DNA of 64,000 bases from Peribolospora baueri. Its lineage: Eukaryota. The translations under genes were made by a program, and so were the position numbers. Location: contig JAMDHS010000051.1 in the NCBI GenBank assembly GCA_029717555.1, forward strand, positions 62,001 to 126,000, written 5' to 3'. The notes below the pieces were generated by a model that was not told the DNA's origin, did no database searches, and saw only the letters and a list, made by a program, of their open reading frames with translations. Shown in pieces: positions 21,516 through 35,191 of this stretch. Numbering within the stretch: the stretch's first letter is position 1; every line of letters begins with the position of its first letter.

Positions 21516-23136
21516 ATGGTCGACGGCGCTCCGGATCACCAAGCCACCTCGTCCGCCGTCCAAGCGGCCTGGTGCCTGCTATCGGTCATCGGGTTCACCT
21601 GGTGGTGCATTATCTGGGCCATCTGCCTTCTGGGCTGTAGAGTAGCGTGAGCGTCCATCACGGACGCCCTTGCGAGGAAATGACCCAACCGGCTCGTTCA
21701 CCGCTTTCTTCCACCTTGCTTCCTCCTCCAGTCGCACCCGCTTCAGCCACGCCCCCGCCTCGCCGCTCTCCTCCGCGCCCGCCTCCGCCGTCCCCGGCGT
21801 TAGCATCCTCCGCCCGCTCAAGGGGATCGACTGCAACCTGTACGAGAACCTCGAGTCGTGCTTCCTGCAGGACTATCCCAAGGAGAAGTATGAGATCATC
21901 TTTTCCGTCAGTCACCAAAACGACCAGGCGCTCCCCGTCGTCGCAGAGCTCCTACGCGCGTACCCCGATGTCAATGCGAGGGTCATCGTCGGTGAGCTGC
22001 CATCTCTCTTCTACACCCCGTTCGCCAAGCTGATCCCATCCCCACGCCGTGCGCGTCCGCTAGGCGAGGAAGTCGTAGGCGTCAACCCAAAGATCAACAA
22101 CCTCGTCCGTCCGTACCGCGAAGCGGCCCACGACATCCTCTGGGTCCTAGACTCGAACGTGTCCGTGTCTCGCGGCACGCTCGCCCGCGCCGTTGACGCC
22201 CTCGTCCGCACACCTCCCGGGTCGAAACCGATCGGCCTCGTGCATCACGTCCCCTTCGCCGTCTCTCCCTCCGACTGCTGGGGCGCCCGCGTGGAGCAGG
22301 CGTTTCTCAACACGACGCACGCCAAGATGTACCTCGCAATCAATGCTGTCGCGATCGACTCTTGCGTCATGGGCAAGAGCAACCTGTACAGGAGGAGCGA
22401 TATTGAGCGCTTGCCACTCTTGCCCGGCGAGAGCGACGACGATCGCACTTCTCTCTTGGCTGCCATTGACGGTCCTTCTTTCCGTGGCCTCGCTCGCTTC
22501 GGCCGATACCTCGCAGAGGACAACATGCTCGCGTCCGCCATCTGGCACGACCTCTCCCTCCGCCACTCGCTCCCCGGTGGAGATCGCGCGCTCACCGCGC
22601 TCGGCGACATGGACCTCAGCACCTACTTCTGGCGCCGCGTCCGCTGGATCCGCGTCCGGAAACGCATGGTCACCGCCGCGACGCTCCTCGAACCCCTGAC
22701 GGAGAGCCTCGTCGCAGGCCTCGTCGGAGTTGCCGCCGCACACGCCCTCCTCGACGGTTGCCTCGCCCTCCCGCGTTGGCTCTTCTTCCTGCTCCACGAG
22801 GCTGCCTGGTACGCCCTCGACCAGGCCGTCCTCACCGCCCTTCAGGGCCATCCGCTCCCCGCCGACCAGAGGTGGGACTTTTTCCGAGCGTGGGCCTTGC
22901 GCGAGATCCTCGCGCTGCCCATCTGGGCATTCGCCATGGCTGGCAACACGGTCGGATGGAGGGACAAGAAGTACAGGGTGGCGAGGAACGGTCAGGCCGA
23001 AGACGTACCCCCGCCCCGTCGCCCCACCGGCGGCCGCCGACGGCCCGCCTTTCTCGACCGCTTAACCGCGTGGAGGAGGCCCGACGATGGTGAGGCAAGA
23101 GGAAGATACGAGCGACTGTCCGATGTAAGAGATTGA
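21516..23136 (+). CDS. GCS1: Ceramide glucosyltransferase (glucosylceramide synthase, GT21)
   Basis: N-terminal TM exon, then VSILRPLKGID.NLYENLES, GVNPKINNL, WVLDSNV, GKSNL, LAEDNM, RRVRWIRVRK and LLEPLTES. Confidence 0.93.
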
Positions 23137-23259
23137 CTCGGATCATGTCCGGTCCGAGCTACTATGGAATGGAGGTTGGAATTCGACGGTACACACATAC
23201 ACCGCCGACAACGCTTTTTTTCGCTCTTCCGTTCGCGCAACACTCCTCAGCGGCACTTC

Positions 23260-26200
23260 TCAGCCGAGCACCTCCAGTCGAGCAGGTCTGCACACGACGC
23301 TCTCCCGATTGCGAACGGCGACAAGGCGATCGAGAACTCGCCGTTGTCTGGGACATGGATAGTATTACCGGAAACTGTATCAGTTTCGTACGTAAATAAA
23401 TAAAGTCTTTCAGGATTTTTACTCACCTGTGTCGTGCCATGAGGTCGATGAGAGCGCAGAGGGAGACGCAACCGAGGGCCGAGCCTCTGCCTTGGGAGAG
23501 GGAATAATCACCGGTCGTAACGTAACCTATCGCTTGTTCGGGACGGAGGCCAGTCTCGTCCGGCGTCTTCCCCTTTCCTTCTTTCTCCAAGACGACAACA
23601 GCCTCCCTCCAACGCTCCTCCAGCTCCTCAGAAAGGGCGTACACGATCCCGAGCTCCGTAAACGCGCCCTTGCCAACGGGGACGATCCGCACCTGCACGA
23701 CGGCCGTCGACAACGTATCGAGAGCCATCCCGAGATCGACCTTGGGTTTCTCCTGCTCGGTGCTCGTGCGAGAGCAGGACGACATCGACATCGCCTCCTC
23801 ACTCAACAACGTCGCGAGGGCCGCGGCGCGACTGACCGAGTCTCCCTGGCTGCCACGCGTGGCAACGTCGACGAGACGCTGTAACAACGTCGGAATCTTT
23901 GGCCCCCGCAACGGCCAAACGCGATCGAAACATTCCGCAGAACCGCTGTCGACTTCCTTGCCTTTGCCCTTGCCTTTGCCCTTGCCCTTGTCCTTGCCCT
24001 CGCTGTCTCCTGGTGCCGATGAGAGACTGACTTCCAGGTGTTGTCGAGCCCACTTAGCGACCACTCCGCCGCCCTCCAGATCGGCCGCCTCTTCTCCTCG
24101 TTGCTCGGCGGCCCAGGTCTGGAGACGTCTGGTGATGAGCTGATCGAATGCGGGGATCAATCCGAACGGATGCTCGGTCCCCAACTTGGACCAACTCGCT
24201 CTCTTCGCCGGCGGCTTGCTCTCCCATCTCCTTCTCTCCTCTTTCTCTCTCCCACCTTCTTCCGCCCTCCACGCCCGCGTTCCGACCCAGTCCCAAGGAA
24301 AAGACGGCAGGCCAGCCTCAAAGTGTTGCTGCCTCCTCTGTTCGATGCCCGCGATTTTTGCACCCGTTTGCACGAGAGAAAGCCAGAAAGGAAGAGCCCA
24401 GTGGCGTGGAAGGAAGATGGTGAAGCCGTGGAAAGAAGTTGGCGAGTCTGCCCGTGGCGGTCGGTAGGGTCTGAGCGCGTTGCACGAGGAAGACTCGGAG
24501 GAAGAGAGTGTGTGCTGGGCAATCAGCACGGGGACACGGTCGTCTTGTGCTTTGGGGATCAGGCGAGAGCCAGGGATGAATTGCTGAAGGCGATGAGCAA
24601 GAAAAGGCCGTTAGTCAGACCGCAAAGCTCGCCAGCTCTCGGTCCATTCGCTTCCCACCTGGGACCTCCGGCTGTCTATCTCTCCTTTCGTAAACGCCGG
24701 TCTTCCTTTGCCTTCCTTTAAAAGTTTGCTGTGCGCCAGATCAACAGAAGGATTCAGGGCGAATGACAGCTCTCCGTCGTTGCCGGCCGTAATCGAGCCT
24801 TGCTTCACGACCTTGGGTGGAAAACTGAGGCAATGAGGAATGACGTATGAGACCAATGCGAGCACTCGGAAAGCGCGTCCTAGAGTCCTAGGCCCTCACC
24901 TCAAACGAGGATCGTAGACCTCCAGTCCGAGAAGAAGACCCCGAGGGATGAGAGCGGGTGAAGAGCATGCGGTGATCGACCTGAATGCCTGGTTTGGAGA
25001 CGCAGTGTGAAACCCAAAACAATCAACACCTGTCCTCTGAAGCTGCACTCTCGCGAGGATCCCACCTTCTTCTTCATCGTCTCCTCCGCCTTGACCACCT
25101 TCAAAACTCCACCAAGAACCTGTGCAGCCCGGGGGCCGACGATCTCAAAGCAATTGAAGCCATCCACTTTTTCCACCTTGACGGACTGCTCCTCATGCAG
25201 CTTCTCGGCGTCCAAGTGGTTGACATCTATCGTGTTCACGTCCGCACCGCTTTGAGCCTCCGTCGAAGCGAGCTGGCAAGCGGAGAGGCACACTCGAAAT
25301 GCCTCGTCAGATGCGGCTGGATGTACTCGAATAAACACGGTTCTGCGAGCTTTGATCGGGTCGTCGGCGTCCCTTTCGTCGTCTGAAGGGCTCGATCTCG
25401 GAACCCAAAGGACGTCGGCAGGACAAACGGGTCGAGGGAAAGACGGCGCTGGCCCGGGAGAGGGACCGTACAGGCATACGGAGGCGAGACGAGACCCGTG
25501 GATGTACCTGGGGGGTTCGGCGCGATGGAAACAATGAGCACAAGGGCCACACGGGTGCTGGGTCCGCACCCATTTGCGCGCCTCTTTCTCCCTTTGCGTT
25601 GGTGGCACTTACCGTGCACCCGCAACGCCGCTTTCAGCGCCGCACAAGACCGTCAGCGCGCCCTTCAAGTGCTCCTGCTTGCCCTCGAGCCTGATCCAGT
25701 TGAAATAAGAGGCATCGTGGAGAATGACGTCGTGCGCGGAGGCACGGTAGGAGGCACGGTAGACTTTCTCCGTAGGGCTTAAAGCCTGGAAAATGAAGTC
25801 AAAGGGAGAAGGGCGATCGTCAGCGACATCGCGCTTCCGGCTGTATTCACCGATGGCACTCACGAGTCTGTACGCCCAGCGATCCTGCATATGCATCCTC
25901 TTGGCATGCCACAGGTGCGTCTCAAGCCACTTTCTGTCTTTCCTCTGACGCGACTGGAGCTCCTCCTTTCGCCTCCTCTGCGTCCTCGTGGACGAAGACT
26001 TTTCCTTCGTCTTTTTCTTTTTTGCGTTCGCGTCCTTGTCCTTCGTATCGGCAGGTTTGTTAATGTGCGAAGCTGCGTTCTAGCGGGAAGAAGAGGAGGG
26101 AGAAGAGAAGACCAAAGGCGTCGGTCAGAGCAGCACCATCGTGAACGGGCAAGAAACGGAGAGAGCAGAAAAGGTACGGAGCTCGACTAACCTCGGCCAA

Positions 26201-26926
26201 CGCCTTCTCCCTGAGGCGCACTGGCAAACGTTTCACGTTATGGCTTGCCGCTCGTCGTCGCAAATGTCGGGGTAGGGATTGCCAGGCACGCTGCGCACCC
26301 GCGTCGCTGCAGAAAGAATGGCGGAGGAGAGAAATAAAAAGCTCTGGCGGTGAGCGAAGGGGTCCTCAGACGCCAGGAGGTAGCGAGGATCGCCATCGCT
26401 CACAGCGCGTTCTTCATTGCCCGTTTCATCGCCTTGATCTCAAAGTTGCGAGCCTGAACAGGATGGCGGAGACCGTAAAGGGGGCGGTCAGGATTACAAG
26501 AAGAGCGTCGGGATAAACGCATAGTGGGCAGCGCGACGTCGAACATACCTCTGCAAATTGCTCAACGTCCAAGGAGGGAGGGAAGGTGGCCCTTGGTGTC
26601 GTCGTAGGCGAGGCTGGGGAGAGACGAAGGTGGCACCCCATGGGTCACTCAGTAGTCCCGCCAGCATCGGCCAGTAACCGTCTCGCCGCTTGCTCCTACT
26701 CATACTCACGACTGGCACCGGCCCCTCCAACTGCCAAAGCAGGACTCGACCTGGCCACCGCTGCGCCAACGGGCGGCTGAGCCTGAGTGGGAATAACGCG
26801 GGCCTCTCTTCGCAAGTCTGCGCGCGCGTGCTTCTTCTTGCTGGGTTGACCAGCGTCCCCGGTCGCCGCTCTCTCTCCCTCTCGTCCTTCGCCATCTTGA
26901 GATGGCCGAGGACGCTTGGGAGCCAT
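23260..26926 (-). CDS. POP1: RNase P/MRP protein subunit Pop1, multi-exon
   Basis: QSLPRHLRRRAASHNVKRLP, WLETHLWHAKRMHM, ILHDASY, LPRHWALP.W.SLV, FEAGLPSFPWDW and GYVTTGDYSLSQGRG. Confidence 0.92.
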
Positions 26927-27191
26927 ACTACCTGCTTTGCTTTGGCCGTGCGCGGTGGACGAGATGATTTTCTTTCGTCTTCAGCAAGCAAGGCCCGTGC
27001 CCGATCGCTCTCTCTCTCACCGGCGCTGCGGCACCTGCCTCAAGGTCACTTCAAGCGCGGCGGCTGGCGGGTCGTCGTCGATTGGAAATGTCAGGTTGGA
27101 GGAAGGGAAGGAGAGACAACACCGCTTCTGGAGAGGACGCTCCCCTTCTCTTCTCCTTTGTCCTGGCGTCGACGAGGCGTACTGACCGAGC

Positions 27192-28331
27192 ATGCCGAGG
27201 AAAAAGGCGAGCAGGCTCGTGGAGGAAGATGTCGTGGACGATTGGGAGACGGTGAGCTTCCTTCCGTGTGCCTCCCTTTGTTCGCTCGCGCTCAGAGTGG
27301 ATGGGACCTGCCGGCGGACCTCGTCGTCGTTTGCATATTATGTCGGTGCGCTGACGACAGCTGACCGATATCGCCTGTTTCGGCTCATCGTCTTTATGCG
27401 TCAGGCGGATATCGACGAGGCGGACGAGCAACCATCGTCGGCGAACATCGGCGCGCTGGCCAAGTCGATTCTAACGCCTGACCTCTCGGCGGCTCGCCAG
27501 GCACAACTCAGAAGCAGCACTTGGGAGGAAGAAGGGATGCATATGAACCCAGGAGACGGGACGACGTCCTCGCGACGGGGCGCAAGTGCCAAAGGGGAGG
27601 AGGAGGAGGAGCAAATGAGCAACAGGGAACTCTGGGAACGAGCGTGAGTGAGGGCGACGGCGTTCATGTCTAGCATATTGTTATGGTACAGCCTCCACGA
27701 CAGCTCAACCAACCCGCTCTTCTTTCCTTCCCTTCCCTCCCTTCGACCCCCGCTTAACGTATCCAGGAACGCCACGAGCGATCCATCATCGACCGCGACC
27801 ACGTTCATCTCCCCCAGCGCCCCTCCCCCCACAGCCTTCGCAACCTCGCTAAAGATCCTCAAACGACCTTCTACTTCCAGCCAAGCTGCCGCAAATGCGG
27901 CGGCGGCGGCGAACAAGGCGGCTCAGAGGAAGACGTTGGAGGAGAGGGAGAGGGCGTACAAGGAGGCTAGAGGAAGGATTTTTGGAGAGGAGGAAGAGCA
28001 AGCAGCAGAAGGCAAGTGGGGCAAGGAGGCGACTGAGAGGAATGGCAGTGGCAACGAAGACAGGAGGGCCAAGGGACATCGGGAGCAGATTGTTGTCAAG
28101 GCGCAGCGAAGGTCGAGGGGACCGCCGGGTCAGACTCGTCGAAGGGAAGCCAAGTCGGTGGCGGCGGATGAGGACGAATCAAGCGGCGGCGGGAGCGGAC
28201 GAGCACCTAACGGGCTCACGCGGGCGCCGCGGGGTCCTCCTCCTCCTTTGTCGACACAAGCGGGTCCCAACGGCGATGTGTTAAGCGAAGTGGGTTTTCA
28301 GAGAAGGAGAGGAGCGAGGGATTTGAGTTGA
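27192..28331 (+). CDS. SUZ/SUZ-C domain protein (SZRD1-like), multi-exon
   Basis: DVVDDWE, SNRELWERA, LKILKRP, KTLEERERAYKEARGRIFG and a C-terminal RAPRGP...GFQRRR. Confidence 0.8.
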
Positions 28332-29410
28332 CAGATTCGATAGAGGAACGGACGAGATGGTCATGAATACAAACCTTGGTGTCCACAGCCGTCTTCTCTT
28401 CCTGCAGGCCAGACTCTTCGGTGTCCTCCGAGGCGGTGGGGGCGGGAGCGGGGGCGGGGGCGTCGGCCTCGGAGTCGGCCTTCGCCTCGACCTTGGCCTC
28501 GGCGTCGGCCGCGGGGGTTGGAGTTGAAGCCGGAGGCTCGTTCGAGTCTTTCGTGTCTTCCGAAGCATCACCACCGGTCGCCGGTGGAGCCGACGTGGAG
28601 GGCGGCGGGATCGAGTCCTCGACGTCTGAGGCGTCACCAGCCGACTCGCTAACCTGTACGCGCGGACAAGGACAAGCCACAAAAGAGCACGGTAGGCCGA
28701 TCAGCATGAATTCTGTCCATGATCGTCGAAGTGGAACAAGTCGTCGGACGCACTCACCTCGCTCTGGACGAGCTGCATGATGAGAGCGAAAACGGCCTCG
28801 GGCACGGCTTTCTGGTAGATCATGATGAGCTCGACGGGAGCGGGGTAGACCTTGAGAGCCTTGTAGAAGGAGATGGCGGCGGGGACGTACTGGTGCTGGC
28901 CTAGAGGGTGATCGACGTGATGGAAGGAAGAGGAGTCAGTCAGAAGGGGCACTCTCGCGGCGGCAGAACGTATACGCCAGGACACAAAGCGAAGCAGGGG
29001 AGGCGCACCTTGAGCGAAGAGCTGCTCGCCGATGGCGACATGCTCCATAAAGTACTTCTCCTTCTCATCGACACCGGTCGGGAAGTTTTCCTTCTTCACT
29101 TCCTCGATCGCGCGTGACAGCTCCGCCTTGTCTTCGGCCGCCTTTTTGTCCGCTTGCACCTTGGACGCCTTGAGGAGGCGCTTCTGCTCTTTGCCTGTCC
29201 TCAAGTGTCAGACGGACGAATGAAACGAGGCGGAGCCCAAGGTCAGAAGCCTCGATCGACAGGAGGGCGGTGAGGGACGGAGGACTCACGGAGCTTCTTA
29301 CGGAACGAGGGATCGTTTCTTCGCTTGTAGTCGAAATACAACGCATACGCGGCCAGCCCGGCCAGGGCGGTGGCCGCGGTGGCGGCGACGACGGTCGTGG
29401 CTCTGACCAT
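28216..29410 (-). CDS. TOM20: Mitochondrial import receptor Tom20, multi-exon; 3' end uncertain
   Basis: TM anchor followed by YALYFDYKRRNDPSFRKKL, EKEKYFMEHVAIGEQL and FYKALKVYPAPVELIMIYQKAVP. Confidence 0.92.
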
Positions 29411-29977
29411 CAGTATGGGGGGTGAGGTGAAAGAAGCTAGAGTGTCTGGGCGGGCTTGACGATGGACGTGGACTGACTGAAGAAGACAGATGGTCGTCGT
29501 CGTCGTTGACGGACCGTCGACGTATTTCTTTCTGCTCGTCGTTCCATATCTTCGATCGCCGACGGCTCTCACGCACCGAAGACGCCGCAGCACGTCGATC
29601 GTCCGTTCCACGCCGAGCTGGGTCACGAAGGCAAGGCAAAGGGGCTCGCACACCATCTCAAATCTCGCAATCTCATCAGCCTCGTCGCCTCCCTTGAGCC
29701 GTTGGAGCCACCGACACACGAAGGGGACATGGACCATGCAGAGCGACAGAGGAAGGAAAACACATGGACGACTCCATCAGACGACGTTCTCCGTAACTTA
29801 TTTGCTACCAAACTGTTGGGGGGGGGGGGGGGAAGGTCTGATTCGACTCTGAGGTTGGGTATGATGAACATGGGCCCAAAGAATGAAGAAAAAGAACAAA
29901 AAACATATTCCGATCGCGCCATAGGGAAGAGACGCACGCGCTCCCCTGGTCCGGTCTTGTTCCTGTCCATCAATCAA

Positions 29978-32885
29978 TCAAGCCTTGAAAAGCTCGAGGT
30001 TGGCGGTGACGCGGTCCATAAAGGCCTCGACGTACTCGGCGTCGTAAAAGTCCGAGTACGCGGTCTGCACCGAGAGGCGACCGTTGAGCGAGAAGGACTG
30101 CATCCAGGTCATCGGAAGCGTCATCCTGTGGTCGGCGACGTCGTTCGTGGTCGATCGGCGTGATGAGCGAACAGCGGCAGCGACACAAAGCCCAAGAAGA
30201 AATGGAAAAAGCTCACCTCCAGTGCAGGCTGAAATCGACAACACTGAAGACGGGCGCTTCGCCCTGCTTGCGCTCCCGCTTGCCGCCCTTAGTCGGCGAG
30301 TCCGGAGCGTTGTTGGCATACGTTGCCTGGTTGCCGTCGCCCTCGTACCAGAGCGTCTGCAGCTTGGTGTCGATGACGCCGATGGAGGAAAGCTGGGGCA
30401 TCATCATCGGCGTCGTGGGGAAGGTACTGGAAAGCGAACGAACGAACGGTCGATAAGACGACCGTCGTCCGAGCCGTCTTCCCGCCAGACCGTGCGTGAC
30501 ACGTCTTGGATCGCAGCCGAGTTTGGAACTCGGCTTAGCCATGCGTAACAGATAAACTCACGCTTCACGACTGTTGAGCTTGGTCATGTTGAGCAGAATA
30601 GTGTTGCCATCGATGATGTGCGGCCAATTGACGTACTTGTCGCTCGTTGACTTGGCCACTTCGATCATGCTCGCCAAGGCCTGCTTCTTGGCCTCTGCGT
30701 CCTGGACGACCTCGCCGGAAGAAGCGATGGTCAACTCGGCGGGCGTTCCAACGGGGAAGCAACAGGTGGCTAGTGAATCGAATACGTAGAGAGAACATGA
30801 CACGGTTAGGCCTCGAAAGGATCATCTTCAGGTACGCAGCATCGATCCGCTCACTCGGCATCACTTGGGGTCCCCACAGGTCAAGCTGCGGGAAGTACTT
30901 GCGGGCAGAGAGCGCGAACGCTTGAGAGGACGGACGGAACGGCAGAAACGAGCGGGCAGAAGGGCCGGCATGAGCTCATGGATCCACCCATGCGATCGGT
31001 CCGGGGGGGATGAACGATCGGGCAGGCGACTCACGGAAAGAGAGCAGCTGGTGCTTCTTGATGTCCTCCGTCGTGACCGACTTTGGCAAAGACTCGACGA
31101 CAGCCAGGTTGGAGGCGGCGAGGAGGGCCTGGGTGACAGTCTGCTCTCGAAGTAGTTGGATGACGGCCAAGGGCGAAGGCGAAAGAAACGTCAGCGAAGA
31201 GGAAGACCTTGATTCCCGCTTCTCCCTCCAATGGGGTCTCTGTCTCTGCACGCGTCGATCGACACGGTCATGCATGCTAGCCGATTGAAGAAAGAAAAAA
31301 AGAAATCAAAAGGGCTGTCTCGTAAACTCACATAGCCACCGAGCTTCTTGATGCCACGCTTAAGCGAGTCAAGCTCTTCAGGTGATAAGTACCGGACAGC
31401 GCGGAACGACCTGCCGAGCTTGATCGGCTCGTCCCGCTGGGCGGTGAGACCCAAGCTGGGCTTGCTGGCCACGGCACCTAGCATTTCCATCACGCCGGCT
31501 TGCGAGGCTGCGGTGACTTCGGCGGTGCGCGCGGGGAGCAAGTCGAGAGCGGCGTCGGCGAAGTATTTATTCTGAACGGGTGCAAGGGTAGTCGGTAGAA
31601 GACATCATCGTTCCGCTCATCAGTCCTCCAGACCCAGACCTCGGATGCCCCGCGGCCCAGAAGGAAAAAGAAAAAAGCCAGCGAAGCAGGCCCGGCATGC
31701 TCACCGGCTTTTCCTGGCCCCAAGCGAACTGTGCGGGGTCGACGGCAGGGGACTTTGTGATGATGCGGAAGAGGTTGTGGACTAGAATTGGAGCCAAGGA
31801 GGACAGATGATGAGATTTTATAATTCTTTGCTCATCATCAAAAGCCCGCCTCGTGGCGTCGGCAGACTTACAGAACACCCAGTGGCCTTGAGCGTCAAAA
31901 TACTGATGAGGGCTGTGAACGACCAAGTCGACCCTCCTCGCCGTCTGAGCGCTCGTGCTCGTGCCATTGAGGGCCGCCTCGGCGGCGAGGTGGCCGTCAA
32001 AGTTGTCGGGCAACGGGTTGACGTACAGCTTGAGCCAGTTTCCAAGCGGCGTCGGGAAAGGTGCTTCGGTGTTCAGGTCTGTTCGGTCGCGGGTGGGGGT
32101 CGAGGGGAAGAACGCGCGGTGAGCCCGAGTGGTGAGAGCGAGGAGAAAGGGAAGAAAGACGCCGACTCACGTTCGCCCAAAGCAAGCGGGGTAAACTTTC
32201 CCTTGGGCAAAAGCTCGACGGCCTCTTCGGCCCATGCCTTGACCTCATCGTAAGACTTGGCGGGCGTGTAGACGTAGGAGCGCCAATTGGGCGACTGGAC
32301 GCCCATCTCCATCTTGGCTGACGTTATGAGAAGGGGGCATTCAATCATGGATCCATGACGTCAATCATCCCACCGGCCCTCATTCCACCAAAACCGGCAG
32401 CAACGCGCTCACAAGCGAGGTGCGGGCACTCCCAACGGAGCACGGCCAAGGCGTTGACGAGGCGGCGAACGAGCTCTTCATCGGACAAGGTGGTGACGAG
32501 ACCTGCGCCGGCCTGAATCTCTACGAAGTCCTTGTGGTTGAGCCAGAGCTGGTCCCAGCACATCTGAGATTAGCAACCGGGGCCGGCCGGCGGGCAGGAA
32601 GGATGGGATGGAGGGGATGCAACGGCAAGAGAGGAGACGCGGGGGTAGGTGGCATCGGCGTGGTGCGTCAGCGACTCGGGCCCGAGACGGAAGGAGAGCT
32701 TTGTTGGAGAGAGAAACAGGACGCTTGCTCGCTCGCTCGCCACTCACGTCCAAGCCGTAGCAGCTCCTGACCCACCGACCATCGTCGAGGCGCGTCCAGC
32801 GATAGATGTCCGAGGTGACGGGCGGGACGACCGGAGCGGCGTCGGGGGCGGCTTGGGGAGCAGGAGCGGGTGCGCTGGAGGACAT
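29978..32885 (-). CDS. CoA-dependent acyltransferase-fold protein (HxxxD; Tri3/alcohol acetyltransferase-like), multi-exon
   Basis: YRWTRLDDGRWVRSCYG, ALAVLRWECPHLA, VHSPHQYFDAQG (HxxxD), PQLSSIGVID and SFSLNGRLSVQTAY. Family assignment is by motif only. Confidence 0.6.
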
Positions 32886-35191
32886 GATGGCTGGGGGTGG
32901 AGGGAAAGGAAGGATGATGGACTTGGAAGTCGGACGAGACGAGGTGAGGAGCGCGCGGGGTAGGAGCAGCGGCGGGATCGACGAGCGGAGGGAGCGATAT
33001 AGCGACGGGGAGAGGCTAGTTAGGGCGGGACGGATGACCAGAAGGGTTACTAGAAGGACAGGACGTAATCGGAATCGCGGCAATAGCAATTGGCGGCTGG
33101 AAGAATACGCGACGGAAGGACAGACAGACAGGATCGATGGCGGATTGGCGAATTCTGAGACGGCGGCGAGGATGGAGGGCGTCTGTCTGTTGGTCTGTCG
33201 GGTCCGATGGTCCGCCGTCGTCGTCGGTCACGCCGATCAATGGAGCACTCCATCTCAAAAAAGGGGAAGCGAGGGAAAGGGGGATGCGGGGGCAGTGGGA
33301 GGATGTGATAGGGTGGGAGGAAGGAGGCGAGGAGGTCGAGGAGGAACGACTTTGGCTGCTGCTATCTTCTCGCTCGGCGTGAAGGTTGGGCTGAGCGGCG
33401 CCAAAGTGGTCCACTTTGCGTCCGTCTGCCGGTAGACGTAGATGGCTCAGGGTCAGGCTAAACGCTCATGCGCCCATCATAAATATCATGCATGTCCGTC
33501 TAGCGTCGTCTCTTTCTGTCGTCCCTGGCGTCGGCTGCGGACATCCGAACCGAAACGAACCGTATCGTATCGTATCGTATCAAATCGAGTTTGTCCCGCG
33601 CCGCGTCAAGGATCCGTCGCTGTCATCCTGGCATCGTCGACGGCCGGGGCACGCCTCGGTGTGGGCGAGTCGCATATGGAGGTCGGCGGTGAAGGACGAA
33701 AGAAGAGCAAACCGGTTGAGTGTGATCGAGCGGAGATCGAGGCTAGCAGGCGGATGCGGAGGCAGACTTAGGTTAGTAGATTATGTAATGGCCAACCGGG
33801 CAGCTGGCCGTGTCCACCCCGACATCCATGCCCATGTCCATTACACGACATGGGCAGAAAGGAACAAACGGTGACCCGCCGCTCGTCAAGCCGTCCCCAA
33901 CGTTTGCGCCGGCGCAGTGGGCTAAGGACGGACGACCGGACGACCGGAGATGTTGGTAAATGAATGGAAATGAATGGGACGGGTGGCGCGGCTTAGAGCG
34001 TTGTCTGGTGTGTCTGTCTCCTCTTGGAGCGATGGGGCTTTTCTGGGAACAGGAGGAGGAGACGGTGGTCCATGTCGGGCGCAGTCGGTCGGTCGATCAG
34101 TCGGTCGGCGGAGAAGCGGTTTCGTTCGTTGCGGACGACTACGACTTACGAACGAACGAACGAACGAACGAATTTACTTACGGATAACCGCCAAGCCAAG
34201 GCAAGCCAAGCTGGTGCAGTCGTAGTCGTCGCTCCACTCCACCCTCATACACTAGCGTATTGCCCACCTCAGCATGGCTGCTCGCTCGCTTCTGTGAAAG
34301 CACCCGTGTCGCCAGCCAGCCGATGTCGGACAAGCGGACCGACGACGGACCAATCATCCATCCATTTATCCATCATAGCCGTGTAGCCATGTAGGCCGTG
34401 TAGCCGCGTAGCAGCAGCAGTGCGGGGCGGATCACTGCTTTCTCTCTCGCCGAGCAAGCTACGTTGGCATCGGGGCGTCGTCATTGGGCGCAGGTACCTC
34501 TTTCTTTCGTACTCTTTCGTATTCGGCTCGCTTCGTACGTTCCTCGCGCATTTCATTTCCCGAGTGCCATCTCACGTCCCTCGCCGGCCCCTTATCTGCG
34601 TCTCACCCGGTCCACCGTCGCCATCGCCGTCGCTCCTCCTAACTTTAGCACCCTTGCCTTGATGATTTGTCCTCCGCCCTTGGCTGTCTGCTCCCTGGCA
34701 TCTGACGCCACCTCCTCCGCCCCCGCCCACCGCCTAAGCCGCTGCGTCTCGCTGGCCAATATGATGATCCATGTCCACCCACGGCCACCGTCTGCTTAGG
34801 CTAGCCCCCCGTCCGGACCTATTTTCAAAACTTATTCCCCCCTTGCTCTCTCTCTCGCCCGCCCCCGCCCATCTCGTCCTCCCCAGCTCGGCGCTCTCTC
34901 TCCTTTTTTCTCGACCGACGACGACGACGACGACAACCCACATCTCCATCCATACATAAGCCGGCTGACGCTGATATCCCCCCGTCGCGGAGCTTTCTCA
35001 TCCGCCTCCTTCCTTCCCCGGTTCGGTTTTCCCCCGCCTCCATCTCCCTCCTTCTCCCTCCTCGCTGACCGGTCAGTCGAGGCAACCGTCCTCTCGACGA
35101 CCGACCGCCAGGCCTGGTTCGCCCCCCCTCCCCCGCGCCGTCGTCCACCTCATCGTCCTCGGTCCATCACTACTACTTCGCCGCCGCCGCC

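Noticed and set aside
5466..26926. Functional tRNA-processing cluster (RNase Z, tRNA-Trp, POP1)
   Set aside because: Unrelated genes lie in between and there is no shared regulatory signal; most likely coincidence.
32900..35150. Possible genes or ncRNA in the microsatellite-rich intergenic region
   Set aside because: Only short repeats (CGTAT, ACGA, GTCG) and low-complexity ORFs; no supportable structure.
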